Below are positions 49,655-61,724 of a DNA stretch of 64,000 bases, piece by piece. Under the pieces are notes generated by a model. It was not told where the DNA came from and did not search any database. It saw only the letters and a program-made list of their open reading frames with translations. A program made the translations under genes and the position numbers. Within the stretch, counting starts at the first letter, position 1; every line of letters starts with the position of its first letter. This DNA comes from Hemiscyllium ocellatum (taxonomy: Eukaryota). The stretch covers positions 16,182,001 through 16,246,000 of the forward strand of contig NC_083406.1 of assembly GCF_020745735.1 (NCBI RefSeq). The letters run 5' to 3'.

Positions 49655-52600
49655 TTAGGGCATGGTTAGGAACATGGGACTGGGATATCATAGCGACTAC
49701 AGAAACATGACTGAGGGATAGGCAGGACTTGCAGCTTAATGTTCCAGGATACAAATGCTACAGTAAAGATAGAAAGGGGGTGGGTGGGGGAGGGGGTGGG
49801 GGAGTGGCAATTTTGATAAGGGATAACATCACGGCTGTACATCACTCAGGGGTGATATTCCTGGGAAAAGGTCCAGGGAAGTTATTTGGGTGGAACTGAG
49901 AAATAAGAAAGAGATGATCACCTTATAGGGATTGCAAAAACACCGTTCCCTCCCCCCCCGCCTCAGATTTCAAGAATAATAGGATGGTATTGTTAGGGGA
50001 TTTTAACTTTCCAAACATGGACTGTGACTGTCTTAGTGTTAAGGAATTTGTTAAGTGTGTACAAGAAAATTTTGTGATTCCGTATGTGGATGTACCTACT
50101 GGAAAGGGTGCTAATATTGATCTACTCTTGGGAAATAAGGCAGGGCAGGTGACTGTGGGGTCAGTGGGAGAGCACTTTGGAGCCAGTGACCATAATTTTA
50201 TTAGTATTAAAATCATGATGGAAGAGGATAGACTGGATCTAAAAGTTAAAGTTCTAAATTGGATGAAGGTCAATTTTGATGGTATCAGGCAAGAACTTTC
50301 AAACGCTGATTGGGGGAGGCTGTTCACAGCTAAAGGGATGGCTGGAAAATGGGAAGCCTGCAAAAATGAGATAATGGGAGTCCAGAGACAATATATTTCT
50401 GTTAGGGTGAAAGGAAAGGCTAGTAGGAGTAAGGAATGCTGGATGACTAGAGAAATGCAGGTTTAGGTCAAGAAAAAGGAAGCATATGTCAGGTACAGAC
50501 AGCAGAGATGGAGTGGATTCTTAGTGAAGTATAAAGGCAATAAGAAAACATTTAAGAGGGAAATCAGGAGGACAAAAAGGGGACATGAGATAGCTTTGGC
50601 AAATAGGGATAAGGAGAATTGAAAAGGATTTTATAAGTACATTAAGGAAAAAAGGGTAACGAGAGAAAGAATAGGACGCCACAATGAACAGCAAGGCACC
50701 TCTGTGTAGAAATGGAGGAGAGGGGGGAGATACTAAATGAGCATTTTGCATCAGTGTTTACTGTGGAGAAGGATATAGAAGATACAGAATGTGGAGAAAT
50801 AGTTGGTGACATCTTGACAAAATGTTCATAATACGGAGGAGGAGGTGCTGGATAAATCCTTAGGACCTGATCGGGTGTACCCTCGAACTCTGGGGGAAGT
50901 TAGTGAAGTGATTGCTGGGCCCCTTGCTAAGATATTTTGATCATTGATAGTCACAGGTGAGGTGCCAGAAGACTGGAGGTTGGCGATTGTGGTGCCACTG
51001 TTTAAGAAGGGTGGTAAAGACACGCCAGGGAACTCTAGACCCGGAAGCTTGATGTCAGTGGTCGACAAGTTGTTGGAAGAAATCCTGAGGGACAGGATTT
51101 GCATGTATTTGGAAAGGCAAGGACTGATTAGAGATGGTCAACATGGCTTTATGTATGGGAAATCATATCTCACTAACTTGATTGAGTTTTGTGAAGCACT
51201 AACAAAGAGGATTGATGAGGGCAGAGCGATGGACCTGATTTACATGGACTTCAGTTCAGCGTTCGACAAGGTTCCTCATGGTAGACTGGTTAGCAAGGTT
51301 AAATCATACGGAATGCAGGGAGAACTAGCCATTTGGATACAGAACTGGCTTGAAGGAAGAAAACAGGATGGATGTAGAGGGTTGCATTTCAGACTGGAGG
51401 CCTGTGACCAGTGGTATGCCACTTCTTTTTGTCATTTATGTAAATTATTTGAATGTGAACAAAGGAGGTATAGTCAGCAAGTTTGCAGATGACACCAAAA
51501 TTGGAGGTGTAGTAGACAGTGAAGAAAGTTACCTCAGAGTACAACAGGATCTTGATCAGATAGGCCAATGGACTGAGAAGTAGCAGATGGTGTTTAATTT
51601 GAACATGGAACATAGTCTATAGAACAGTGCAGCACAGTACAGGCCCTTAAGTCCTTGATGTTGTACTGACCTTTTATGCTCTTCTAAGATCAAACTAACC
51701 TACATCCCGTACATTTTACTGTCATCAAATGCCTATCATTTTAATGTCCCCAGTGTATCTGTCTCTACTACCACTGCTGGCAATGCATTCCATGCACCCA
51801 CCACTCTCTGTGTAAAGAATCAATCTCTGACAGGGGCAACATGGTAGCTCAGTGATTAGCACTGCTGCCTCACAGAACCAGGGACCTGGAGGTACTGCAT
51901 TTTGGAAAGGCAAATCAGGGTGGGACTTATATACTTGATGATAAAGTTCTGAGGAGTGTTGCTGAACAAAGAGACCTTGGGGTTCAGGTTCATAGTTCCT
52001 TGAAGATGGAGTCACGGGTAGATAGGATAGTGAAGGCAGCATTTGGTATACTTTCCTTCATTGGTCAGAGCATTGAGTATAGGAGTTGGGAGGTCATGTT
52101 GTGGTTGTACAGGGCATTGTTTAGGCCACTTTTAGAATATTGTGTGTAATTCTGGTCTCCTTCCTATTGGAAGGTTGTTATGAAACCTGGAAGGTTTCAG
52201 AAATGCTTTGCAAAATGTTGCCAGGGTTGGAGGATTTGAGCTATAGGGAGAGGCTGAATAGGCTTGAGCTGTTTTCCCTGGAGCGTCGAAGGCTGAAGGG
52301 TAACCCTATAGAGGTGTATAAAATCATGAGGGGCATGGATAGGGTAAATAGACAAAGTCTCTTCCCTGGGGTGGGGGCATCCAGAACTAGAGGACATAGG
52401 TTTAGGGTGAGAGGGGAAAGATTTATAAGGGACCTAAGGGGAAACTTTTTCACGCAAAGAGTGGTGCATGTACGGAAGGAGCTGCCAGAGGAACTGATGG
52501 AGGCTGGTACAATTACACCGTTTAAAAGGCATCTGGATGGGCATATGAATAGGAAGGGTTTACAGGGATATGGGCCAAGTGCTGGCAAATGGGACTAGAT

Positions 52601-52670
52601 TAATTTAAGATATTTAGTCAGCATGAACGAGTTGGACCAAAGGGTCTGTTTCTGTGCTGTACATCTCTGA
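49655..52670 (+). mobile_element. CR1 LINE ORF2 (APE + RT), fragmented
   Basis: VLLGDFNFPN..D, SDHN (APE); VPEDWR..IVVPLFKKG, QHGF, YMDFS.AFDKVPH, KFADDTK (RT). Interrupted at ~51603-51890 by an inverted CR1 3' piece and a SINE head. Confidence 0.93.
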
Positions 52671-52858
52671 ATGACTTAAATGGTCATTCATCTAATTTTG
52701 ATTCATGGGAGCATGGTGTACAAATTGGTTGCTCCTTATGCCCGTATGGTCATGGCTACAAAAGTAATTTGTTGGCCAGAAAGCACTTGGGAATGTCCTG
52801 ACGATTGGGTTAGAGGCTAAGTTAATGTGAACTTTGTTTTAAATTGCCTTTAAATCAG

Positions 52859-53051
52859 TTTAAACAGTGAAAAACGTCACCGAGAACAGCTGAGAGTCAA
52901 TCAAGAAAATAAGACAATGAAGGAACGCCTCAAGCTGGTCCAGCCTCAATACAATCATCTGAAATGGCATGAAGACTGGTATAAAGCTGAGAAGCTCATG
53001 GACCATATTGCTCACTATCCTCGTGGCTGGTACAATGGACAGAACTCAAAG
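52859..53051 (+). CDS. CFAP97D2: CFAP97D2-like exon 4 (SLNSEKRHREQLRVNQENKTMKERLKLVQPQYNHLKWHEDWYKAEKLMDHIAHYPRGWYNGQNSK)
   Basis: ATCAG acceptor; phase compatible with exon 3 (AG+T=Ser). SLN...R...EN....RL....P.Y....W..DW motif, GTAATT donor. Same frame as ORF 52917..53117. Confidence 0.9.
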
Positions 53052-53849
53052 GTAATTTCTCCATTCAGTGGGAGACCGGTGCTGCCTCTGTATGCCATAT
53101 GTGTGCTGCATTGGTGAATACTTTAATTCTCTCCAGGGTAACTGGAAGGCTGTTCAAAATGTTCTCTGTACTATGAGGATATAACTCTTCCCGAGATCTC
53201 TACATTCCTCCAATCCCAACTTCTTACCCATCCTCTATCCACTTTTAGGAACCCTGCTTTTAGCTGCTGAAGACCAAAGGTCTGAAATTCCCTCCTTAAA
53301 CTTCTTGCACCTCTTTACCTCTCTCTCCTCATTTCAGATGCTCCTTAAAACCTCCCTCTTTGATCAAACTGTCAGCTGTCATAATAATGTGGCACAAAGT
53401 TCCCTTGATAGCACACCAGTGAAGCACCTTGTAATGTTTCACTACAAAGGACAGCCCCAAGGTAAATGCATAATGCTGAAGTTTCTCAATTCACCAGACC
53501 CTGCACCCCCTCTCTCTCCAAGCTGCCTATTGCACTCAAACCAGGAAATGGACAGTGACTTATTTCCTGCCAACAGTGCTGACATAACCACTTGACTGAG
53601 CCAGAGTCACATTGCATTCTACAACGTTACTCCTTAGACACATTACCAAACCTTACTCAAGTCATGATTTTTAAAAAGCATCAAGAAAAATAAAACTGTG
53701 TGGATAAACTTAGGTGATTCCTGGGTTTCCTGAGAGATTTTGGGAGTACCTTAATGAATTCACACTTACGGCACAGAGCTCCCCATAACTCTCAGAGCTC
53801 CTCACCCACTCATTTTAAATTTAAACTCTCGGCTACATCTTCGAGGGTA

Positions 53850-54235
53850 GCTCTCTCACCCCTGAGTCCAAAAGTTCTGCAATGTCTTGAGCCCAAAACT
53901 CTACGCCAACACGGTCAGTGAACAACTGTGTTGTGGCCTTTCAAAAGTAATGTTAAATCAAGGCCCTGTTTGCTCTGTCAAGTAGACGTTAAAGGTCCCA
54001 TTGCACTAAACTGAAGAAGAGCAGGAGAGTTCTAACTGGTGTCTAGGGTCAATATTTAACTTTCAACAAACATTACAAAAATAGATCAGCTGGTCATGAT
54101 TGCATTGATTTTGTGGGAGCTTGCTGCGTCCAAAACTGGCTGCCATGTTTCATTACAACATTGACCACCTTTCAAAAGTACTGAATTGGCTATGAAGTAA
54201 TCGTGAAAGGTGCTATAAAAATGCAATTCTTTTTT
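53850..54235 (+). mobile_element. Deu-domain SINE
   Basis: CTCTCACCCCTGAGTC head, GAAGAAGAGCAGG.GAGTTCT, TGTGGGAGCTTGCTG, GTGAAAGGTGCTATAAAAATGCAA tail. Confidence 0.7.
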
Positions 54236-54622
54236 AATGCATGGTTACGGGATTAGAGTACAATTTTCAGTGGAACCCTCTGTGTGTTTGTTTGGATTTT
54301 CAGGTACAAATCCAAAACCGAAGTCAATGGGAATCAGGAGAAAAGTTTTCATTAGTTGGAGTCAGACCTGGCACAAAGGAAGAGGGTTAGGTTTGATCAT
54401 CTCCAACAAAAGAGTATTTAACCATCTCCTTCTGACATTCATTGACATTACCACAGCTGAATTCCCCACAATCAATATTGTGAGAGTTACCATTGACAAG
54501 AAATACTTCAGCTGCAAGATCAGGTCAAGGACGGAGTTCTACAGTGAGCAACTAATTTCCTCACTTCTCATGACCTGTCTGCCACCTACAAAGCTCAAAT
54601 CAAGAGTGTGATTGAACATTTA

Positions 54623-54940
54623 GGGCGGTATGGTGGCTCGGTGGTTAGCACTGCTGCCTCACAGCACCAGGGTCCCAGGTTTGATTCCAGCCCTGGGTGA
54701 CTGTCTGTGAGGAGTTTGCACATTCTCCCCGTGTATGCGTGGGTTTCCTCCAGGCACTCCGGTTTCCTCCCACAGTCCAAAGATGTGCAGGCCAGGTGAA
54801 TTGACCATGCTAAATTGCCCATAGTGTTAGGTGCATTAGTCAGAGGGAAATGGGACTAGGTAGATTACTCTTCTGAGGGTCGGTGTGGACTTGATGGGCT
54901 GAAGGGCCTGTTTCCACACTGTAGGGAATCTAATCTAATC
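54623..54940 (+). mobile_element. HE1/V-SINE nested in a LINE 3' fragment (54310-55390)
   Basis: Full head, V-domain and AATCT tail. Confidence 0.92.
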
Positions 54941-55467
54941 ATTTCACACTTCTCTGGATGAGTCCAACTCCAACAATATTCCAAAGAGGCTTGACACCAT
55001 CCAAGACAAAGCAGCCTACTTGATTGACATCCCTATCCAGCACCGATGCATAATAGCTGCAATGTGAACCAGCCATAAGATGCACTGCAGTAGCTCTCCT
55101 TTGACAGCAGCTTCCAAAATCTCTATCACTTGGAAGGACAAAGGGAGGCAGATGAACAACAAACCCCATCACCAGTAAATTTCCCTCCAAGCCAAACACT
55201 TTCCAGACTTAGAACTATATTGCTGTCCCTTTCCATTCGCTGGGCCAAGGAGCTGCCTTGGTGTCCCTACCTAGCAAGGATTACAGTGGTTCAAGAAGGC
55301 AGCTCATCACTACCTTCTCAACATCAGTTCGAGATGGATAATAAAGGATGGCGTAGCTAGTGATGCCCCTATCCCACGAATGAATAAATAAAACTATTTG
55401 ATTTGTTTTATTTAGATTGATCTATGATAGGTTTTCTCCTAATCGACATTTTACTTTTTATCCCCAG

Positions 55468-55548
55468 ACAAAATCTGAAGCTGTCAGATCCGCACCAGCG
55501 AGAGGAACCAACAAAAGTATAAATATACAACCAAGGGGCTCACAGTAA
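55468..55548 (+). CDS. CFAP97D2: Probable CFAP97D2-like terminal coding exon (TKSEAVRSAPARGTNKSINIQPRGSQ*)
   Basis: Strong acceptor TTTTACTTTTTATCCCCAG, phase 0 as required, open to TAA at 55546-55548, in non-repeat sequence. No protein-motif support. Confidence 0.55.
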   Translation, partial: TKSEAVRSAPARGTNKSINIQPRGSQ

Positions 55549-57302
55549 AAGTCAACAGGAAACATGGAACCAAGTGACATGAATCAACTCCACAATATCC
55601 TCAATTCTAATCCCCATTGTTCACATTAGTACATCTAAACAATCTACCTTCTTTTCAATGACAGATAAAGCTGAAATCCACATTTGATTGTGAGTGTAAT
55701 TTGCCTGTTGTACTTAGTGTGCCTTCAAGTTTTTGAAACTTGTAACGTAGACTGGACAATCGAATATGCTTTCTTTGAATTTTTCCTAATTTTCTATCAA
55801 GCAAGATTCTACATCAAGTACACTGATTTATTAACAATATCAGCAGTTTAGGAGGATCAGCGAGTCACTGCCGCTTTGTGGGTGTGGACAAGGTTGAGTG
55901 AAGAGGGCAGTTGAGTCGGAGGTGAATGAAGAATGAGGGGTTATTGGGGGATTATTGAGAAGATGAGGAGAGAGGACTTTGGGGTAAGGGAGTTGGGCAA
56001 GAGGGGTAGAATGAAGAGGCAATGGTGGAAGACATATTGGCTGAGGAAGTGGATATGGGCAACTGGACTCTAGGGTGGCATTAGGGATTATGCTCTGATG
56101 ATGGAAGCAAAGCATTGGTGGTTTAAAGGGCTTATGGCAAGGGAAGGGAGCACTGAGTAGAGACATTGAGAGGGTGGAAGAGGATTTGAGGGGGAGTTGG
56201 TGGGTGAGGTTGATTAGATGTGAAGGGGTTATTGAGCAATTGCGGGAAATTGAGGGGGTGAATATGATGTGGGTAGGTGGGATTGGAGAAGAGTAATTAT
56301 TGGGCATGTGAACTGATTGGGGGTTAGAGGACATTAGACAAGGAAGGGGAAATGGGATGGGATGGCGGGGGCGGGGTGCCATAAGAAAATTCTGGAAAAT
56401 GACTGACATCAATTTAATCAAGATAAAAAGCACAGAAACCAAGTAGAAACTGAAAACTACAATTCCGTGGATGCTGGAAATCCAAGAAAAGATCAAGAAA
56501 GACTAAAAGAGGTCACAAAGTCTGGTGGTATCTGTCGAGAGAAATAGATTTAACATTTCATCTCAATGACCTTTCATCAGAATATTAAAATGAATTAGTT
56601 CAGTATAAAGGCCTTTGAGTGTTTATTTGGGGGTGTAGCGAAGTAAAAGTTGCTACATTTTTTGACTCTTTAGTTGGATGATGGACTGTACTGTGGATCC
56701 TCAGCAACTCGCTGAGAGGAAAGCACTAATCTCAGAGACTCTGTGATGTTTTAATGAGACCACATATTCTGCCAAGTGTGGAGGGCAGCTTTGCTTTTGC
56801 CGGTTTGAGATGTTTGTTATATATCCCTGCCGGAAGTATGGTCATTTTGTTCAACTTTCAGCACCATGCTATTCTCTGCTGCTTACTAATGATGTTACCG
56901 TTGTTGTTAACTTGGGTTTCTGCCCCTCGCCTACTCCACCCACATCACCTCCACCCAGAATAAACCACATTGCAAAGAAAACACATCCTACAACACAAAA
57001 CAACTTGCGCCTCTCTCATTTGTCTTCAAAGTAATTCATATCACTTCGAAAATTGTGATACATCCCCACGCGTAAAAACAACTCCACCTTTCCTGCATCA
57101 GGAGATGAAAGATCACTTTGTACAAAGTTCATGTTTGTTGGTTGTTTGGGCCAGTTGTTGTTGTGATCTGGAATGCACTGCCTGAAAGGGAGTTGCTGAT
57201 GACAAATTCAATAAGAACTATCAAAAAGCAATTGGATCACCGTTTGAAAAGGAACAATGTGTAGGGCCAAGAGGAAAGAGAAGTGATAGTTGAATTAAAT
57301 AT

Positions 57303-57690
57303 AGAGTCATAGAGATGTACGGTACGGAGACAGACCTATCGGTCCAACTCGTCCATGCCTGCCAGATAACCCAACCTAATCTAGTCCCATTGGCCAGCAC
57401 TTGGCCCATATCCCTCTAAACACTTCCTATTTGTATACCCATCCAGGCAGTGTAATTGTATCAGCCTCCATCACTTCCTTTGGCAGCTCATTCTATAGAC
57501 ACACCATCCTCTGTGAAAAAGTTGGCCCTTCAGTCCCTTTTAAATCTTTCCCCTCTCACCCTAAACCTATGCCCTCTAGTTCTGGACTCCCCCACTCTGT
57601 GAAAAAGACCATGTCTCTTTATCCTATCCATGCCCCTCATGATTTTATAAACCTCTATAAGGTCACTCCTCAGCCTCCGACACTCCAGGT
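57303..57690 (-). mobile_element. CR1 3' end
   Basis: Reverse complement of the CR1 tail seen at 44930-45304. Confidence 0.88.
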
Positions 57691-58064
57691 TGAATAGCTT
57701 AGACGGCTAGCACAGGGAACAATGGGCCAAATAGCCTTCTTCTGCATCTACAATTCTGAAAGACCCCGTAGATATTTTATAGTTAATCTCTGACACAAGT
57801 GACCACTCATTTCTTCACTGTTACTCTGAAGGTGCCAATATAAAGAGAGTTTCCCAATCTTTTTCTGCAGTTGGCATGTAGTCTTCTTAATCTCTGCCTC
57901 TATCATGTCCTTTTAGAATTATCAAGGTGCGTTGTTCATAAATAAAAACTTTGATCCAGAAGTGTAATGCAAGAAAACTGCAAAATATTAAACCAATCTT
58001 CAATACTCAGGAACCATTGTACCACACACAGTCAGACATCATCTCAGCTATCAGCCCCATTAAA

Positions 58065-58410
58065 AACCATTTACAAGGATGTTACCGGGATGGAAGGTTT
58101 GAGTTATATGGAGAGGCTGAATAGGCTGTGGCTTCGTTCCCTGGAGCGCAAGAGGCTGAGGGGTGACCTTATAGAGATTTATAAAATCATGAGGGGCATA
58201 GATAAGGCATCGGTCATTTCCCTAAGGTAGGCAAGTTCAAACCTTAGAGGGCATAGGTTTAAGGTGAGGGGGGAAAGATTTAAAAGGGACCCGAGGGGCA
58301 ACTTTTTCACACAGAGGGTGATGCGCATATGGAATGAACTACCAAAGGAGGTGATATATGCAGCTACAGTTAAAACATTTAAAAGACATTTCGACAGGTA
58401 CATGAATAGC
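58065..58410 (+). mobile_element. CR1 3' coding fragment
   Basis: EGLSYMERLNRL...RLRGDLIEIYKIMRGID. Confidence 0.85.
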
Positions 58411-58424
58411 GATATCAGCTAAAT

Positions 58425-60430
58425 AGAGTCATAGTCACAGAGTCATAGAGCTGTATAGTTTGGAAACAGACCCTTCGATCCAAACCATCCATGCTGACCA
58501 GATATCCCAACCCAATCTAGTCCCACCTGCCAGCACCTGGCCCATATCCCTCCAAACCCTTCCTATTCATATACCCATCCAAATGCCTCTTAACTGTTGC
58601 AATTGTACCAGCCTCCACCACATTCTGTGGCAGCTCATTCCATATGTATCACCCTCTATGTGAAAAGGTAACCCCTTAGGTCTCTTTTATATCTTTCCCC
58701 CCTCTCCCTAAACCTATGCCCTCTAGTTCTGGACTCCCCGACCCCAGGGAAAATACTTTGTCTATTTATCCTATCCATGTCCCTCATAATTTTATAAACC
58801 TCTGTAAGGTCACCCCTCAGCTTCCGACGCTCCAGGGGAAACAGCCCCAGCCTGTTCAGCCTCTCCCTGTAGTCAGATCCTCCAACCCTGGCAGCATCCT
58901 TGTAAATTTTTTCTGAACCCTTTCAAGCTTCACAATATCTTTCCAATAGGAAGGAGACCAGAACTGCATGCAATATTCCAACAATGGCCTAACCAATGTC
59001 CTGTACAGCCGCAACATAACCTCCCAACTCCTGTACTCAATACTCTGACCAATAAAGGAAAGCATACCAAATGCCTTCTTCACTATCCTATCTACCTGCG
59101 ACTCCACTTTCAAGGAGCTATGAACCTGCACTCCAAGGACTCTTTGTTCATCAACACTCCTGAGGACCTGACCATTAAGTGTATAAGTCCTGCTAAGATT
59201 TGCTTTCCCAAAATGCAGCACCTCGCATTTATCTGAATTAAACTCCATCTGCCGCTTCTCAGCCCATTGGCCCATCTGGTCCAGGTCCTATTGTAATCTG
59301 AGGTAACCCTCTTCGCTGCCCACTACACCTCCAATTTTGGTGCCATCTGCAAACTTACTAACTATACCGCTTATGCACGCATCCAAATCATTTATGTAAA
59401 TGACAAAAAGTAGAGGACCCAGCACTGATCCTTGTGGCACTCCACTGGTCACAGGTCTCCAGTTTGAAAAACAACTCTCCACCACCGCCCTCTGTCTTCT
59501 ACCTTTGAGCAAGTTCTTTATCCAAATGGCTAGTTCTCCCTGAGATGGCTAGTATTCCATGAGATCTAACTTTGCTAATCAGTCTCCCATGGGGAACCTT
59601 GTTGAATGCCTTACTGAAGTCCATATAGATCACATCTACTGCTCTGCCCTCATCAATCTTCTTTGTTACTTCTTCAAAAATCTCAATCAAGTTTGTGAGA
59701 CATGATTTCCCACGCACAAAGCCATGTTGACTATCCCTAATCAGTCCTTGCCTTTCCAAATACATGTACATCCTGTCCCTCAGGATTCCCTCCAACAACT
59801 TGCCCACCACCGAGGTCAGGCTCACCGGTCTATAGTTCCCTGGCTTGTCTTTACCTCCCTTCTTAAACAGTGGCACCACGTTTGCCAACCTCCAGTCTTC
59901 CGACACCTCACCTGTGACTATCGATGATACAAACATCTCAGCAAGAGGCCCAGCAATCACTTCCCTAGCTTCCCACAGAGTTCTCGGGTACACCTGATCA
60001 GATGCTGGGGATTTATCCACCTTTAATTGTTTCAAGACATCCAGCACTTCCTCCTCTGTAATCTGGACATTTTGCAAGATGTCACCATCTATTTCCCTAC
60101 AGTCTATATTTTCCATATCCTTTTCCACAGTAAGTACTGATACAAAATACTTATTTAGTATCTCCCCCATTTTCTGCAGCTCCACACAAAGGCCACATTG
60201 CTGATCTTTGAGGGGCCCTATTCTCTCCCTAGTTATCATTTTGTCCTTAATATATTTGTAAAAACCCTTGGATTCTCCTTAATTCTATTTGCCAAAGCTA
60301 TCTCATGCCCCCATTTTGCCCTCCTGATTTCCCTCTTAAGTATACTCCTACTTCCTTTATACTCTTCTAAGGATTCACACAATCTATCCTGTCTATACCT
60401 GACATATGCTTCCTTCTTTTTTTTTAACCA
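58425..60430 (-). mobile_element. CR1 LINE RT region to 3' tail (~2 kb)
   Basis: ORFs 59499..60239, 59288..59512 and 58856..59275 ([36 protein letters not shown]). Confidence 0.95.
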
Positions 60431-61724
60431 AAAATAGAGGCAAATAGGACTTGTTAAGTTTGGAAAACCTGTTGGCAGGAATGATTGAACTGAAGGGTCT
60501 GTTTCCATGGTGTATGATTCTGTCAGCATTTGTGAGAGAGAAACAAGAGTTAGCATTTCGTGTCAATGTCATTTCATCAGAATATTGGCTATGTGATAGA
60601 ATACAGCCTTTTGGCCTGAAAAGTGTCCTGTGCTGCATCCTCGTCAGATGCCACTGAAATTGTAGGGTACTTCTCTGTCCCATTGCAAACTTCCAAAATT
60701 TGCAGCTTTTACTCTATTTGGTAATTACCCACTTTTTTTCTTTGAAGGAATTATCTTTCAACATTCAATACTCTAATTTAGCAACTGTCCTATATCCAAG
60801 CCTCCAAGCGGAGAAAAAATATTCCAATCGTTATTCATTCTGAGTTCAGTCCCTTTGTGCACCCAGAGTATCTGCAACTGTCTGTGTTTATCATTATACT
60901 TGACATCTTCCATCTCTGATGTGGAAGACTTTGAGAAAGTGCATTAAGTTGAGTCTCTGATATAGTTCTTCACACAAAGAGAGGGTGAAATCTGAAGCTC
61001 TCTCCTGAAAACCTTGACGCTGAGAGGGGCAACTAAAAACTTCAAGACTGTGATCCGTAGGCTATTGTTGGGTAAGAATCTTACAGGTTAGGGAACTATG
61101 GCTGTTAGACTAGTTTGTGGTGTGCATATGTTATGTTGTAATTCATTAGCAGAGCGACCAAGTGCTGATCACTTCTTCTTGTTCCTATAGTCCCATGATC
61201 ATTCGCCAGTGTTTAGCAACTTTATGGTGTACCCTCAGTCACATGACTTAAAATTGGTTATATGGCCTTCTTCACATTGTTGTTTGTGAGATCTTGCTGT
61301 GTCCAAATTGACCGCTACTTTTCTTTCATAACAAGGTAGACAAGCAGGAGGCTGGAAGAACACAGCAAGCCAGGCAGCATTAACGTTTCCGGTATAACTC
61401 TCTCTTTTTCTTTCATTACAGTAGTCACAATGTTTCAAAACAGTACTCCAATGGCTGGGAAGCATTTTGGGACATTTTAAACTGGCGATGAGTGTCATTC
61501 TAATCCAAATCATCCATTCTTTTTGTTTCCCCTCTTCCACGGCCTTTTCTGCCTGTCTTCCTACAACTCTGAGGTCCTCCTGTTCCTGTCGGTGATGATG
61601 CTCCATTCCAGCTGGGCTGCATTTAACCTGCTTTTCCTGAGAAGGGAGAAAAGAAACTCAGCTGGGGGGAGGTTCTCGGACAATTTAAAATGCAAGCCTG
61701 GAGATAGCCCCAGTACAGGCATGT

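Noticed and set aside
52917-53117. ORF as a standalone 66-aa gene
   Set aside because: It is the 3' part of CFAP97D2-like exon 4 reading through the donor at 53052.
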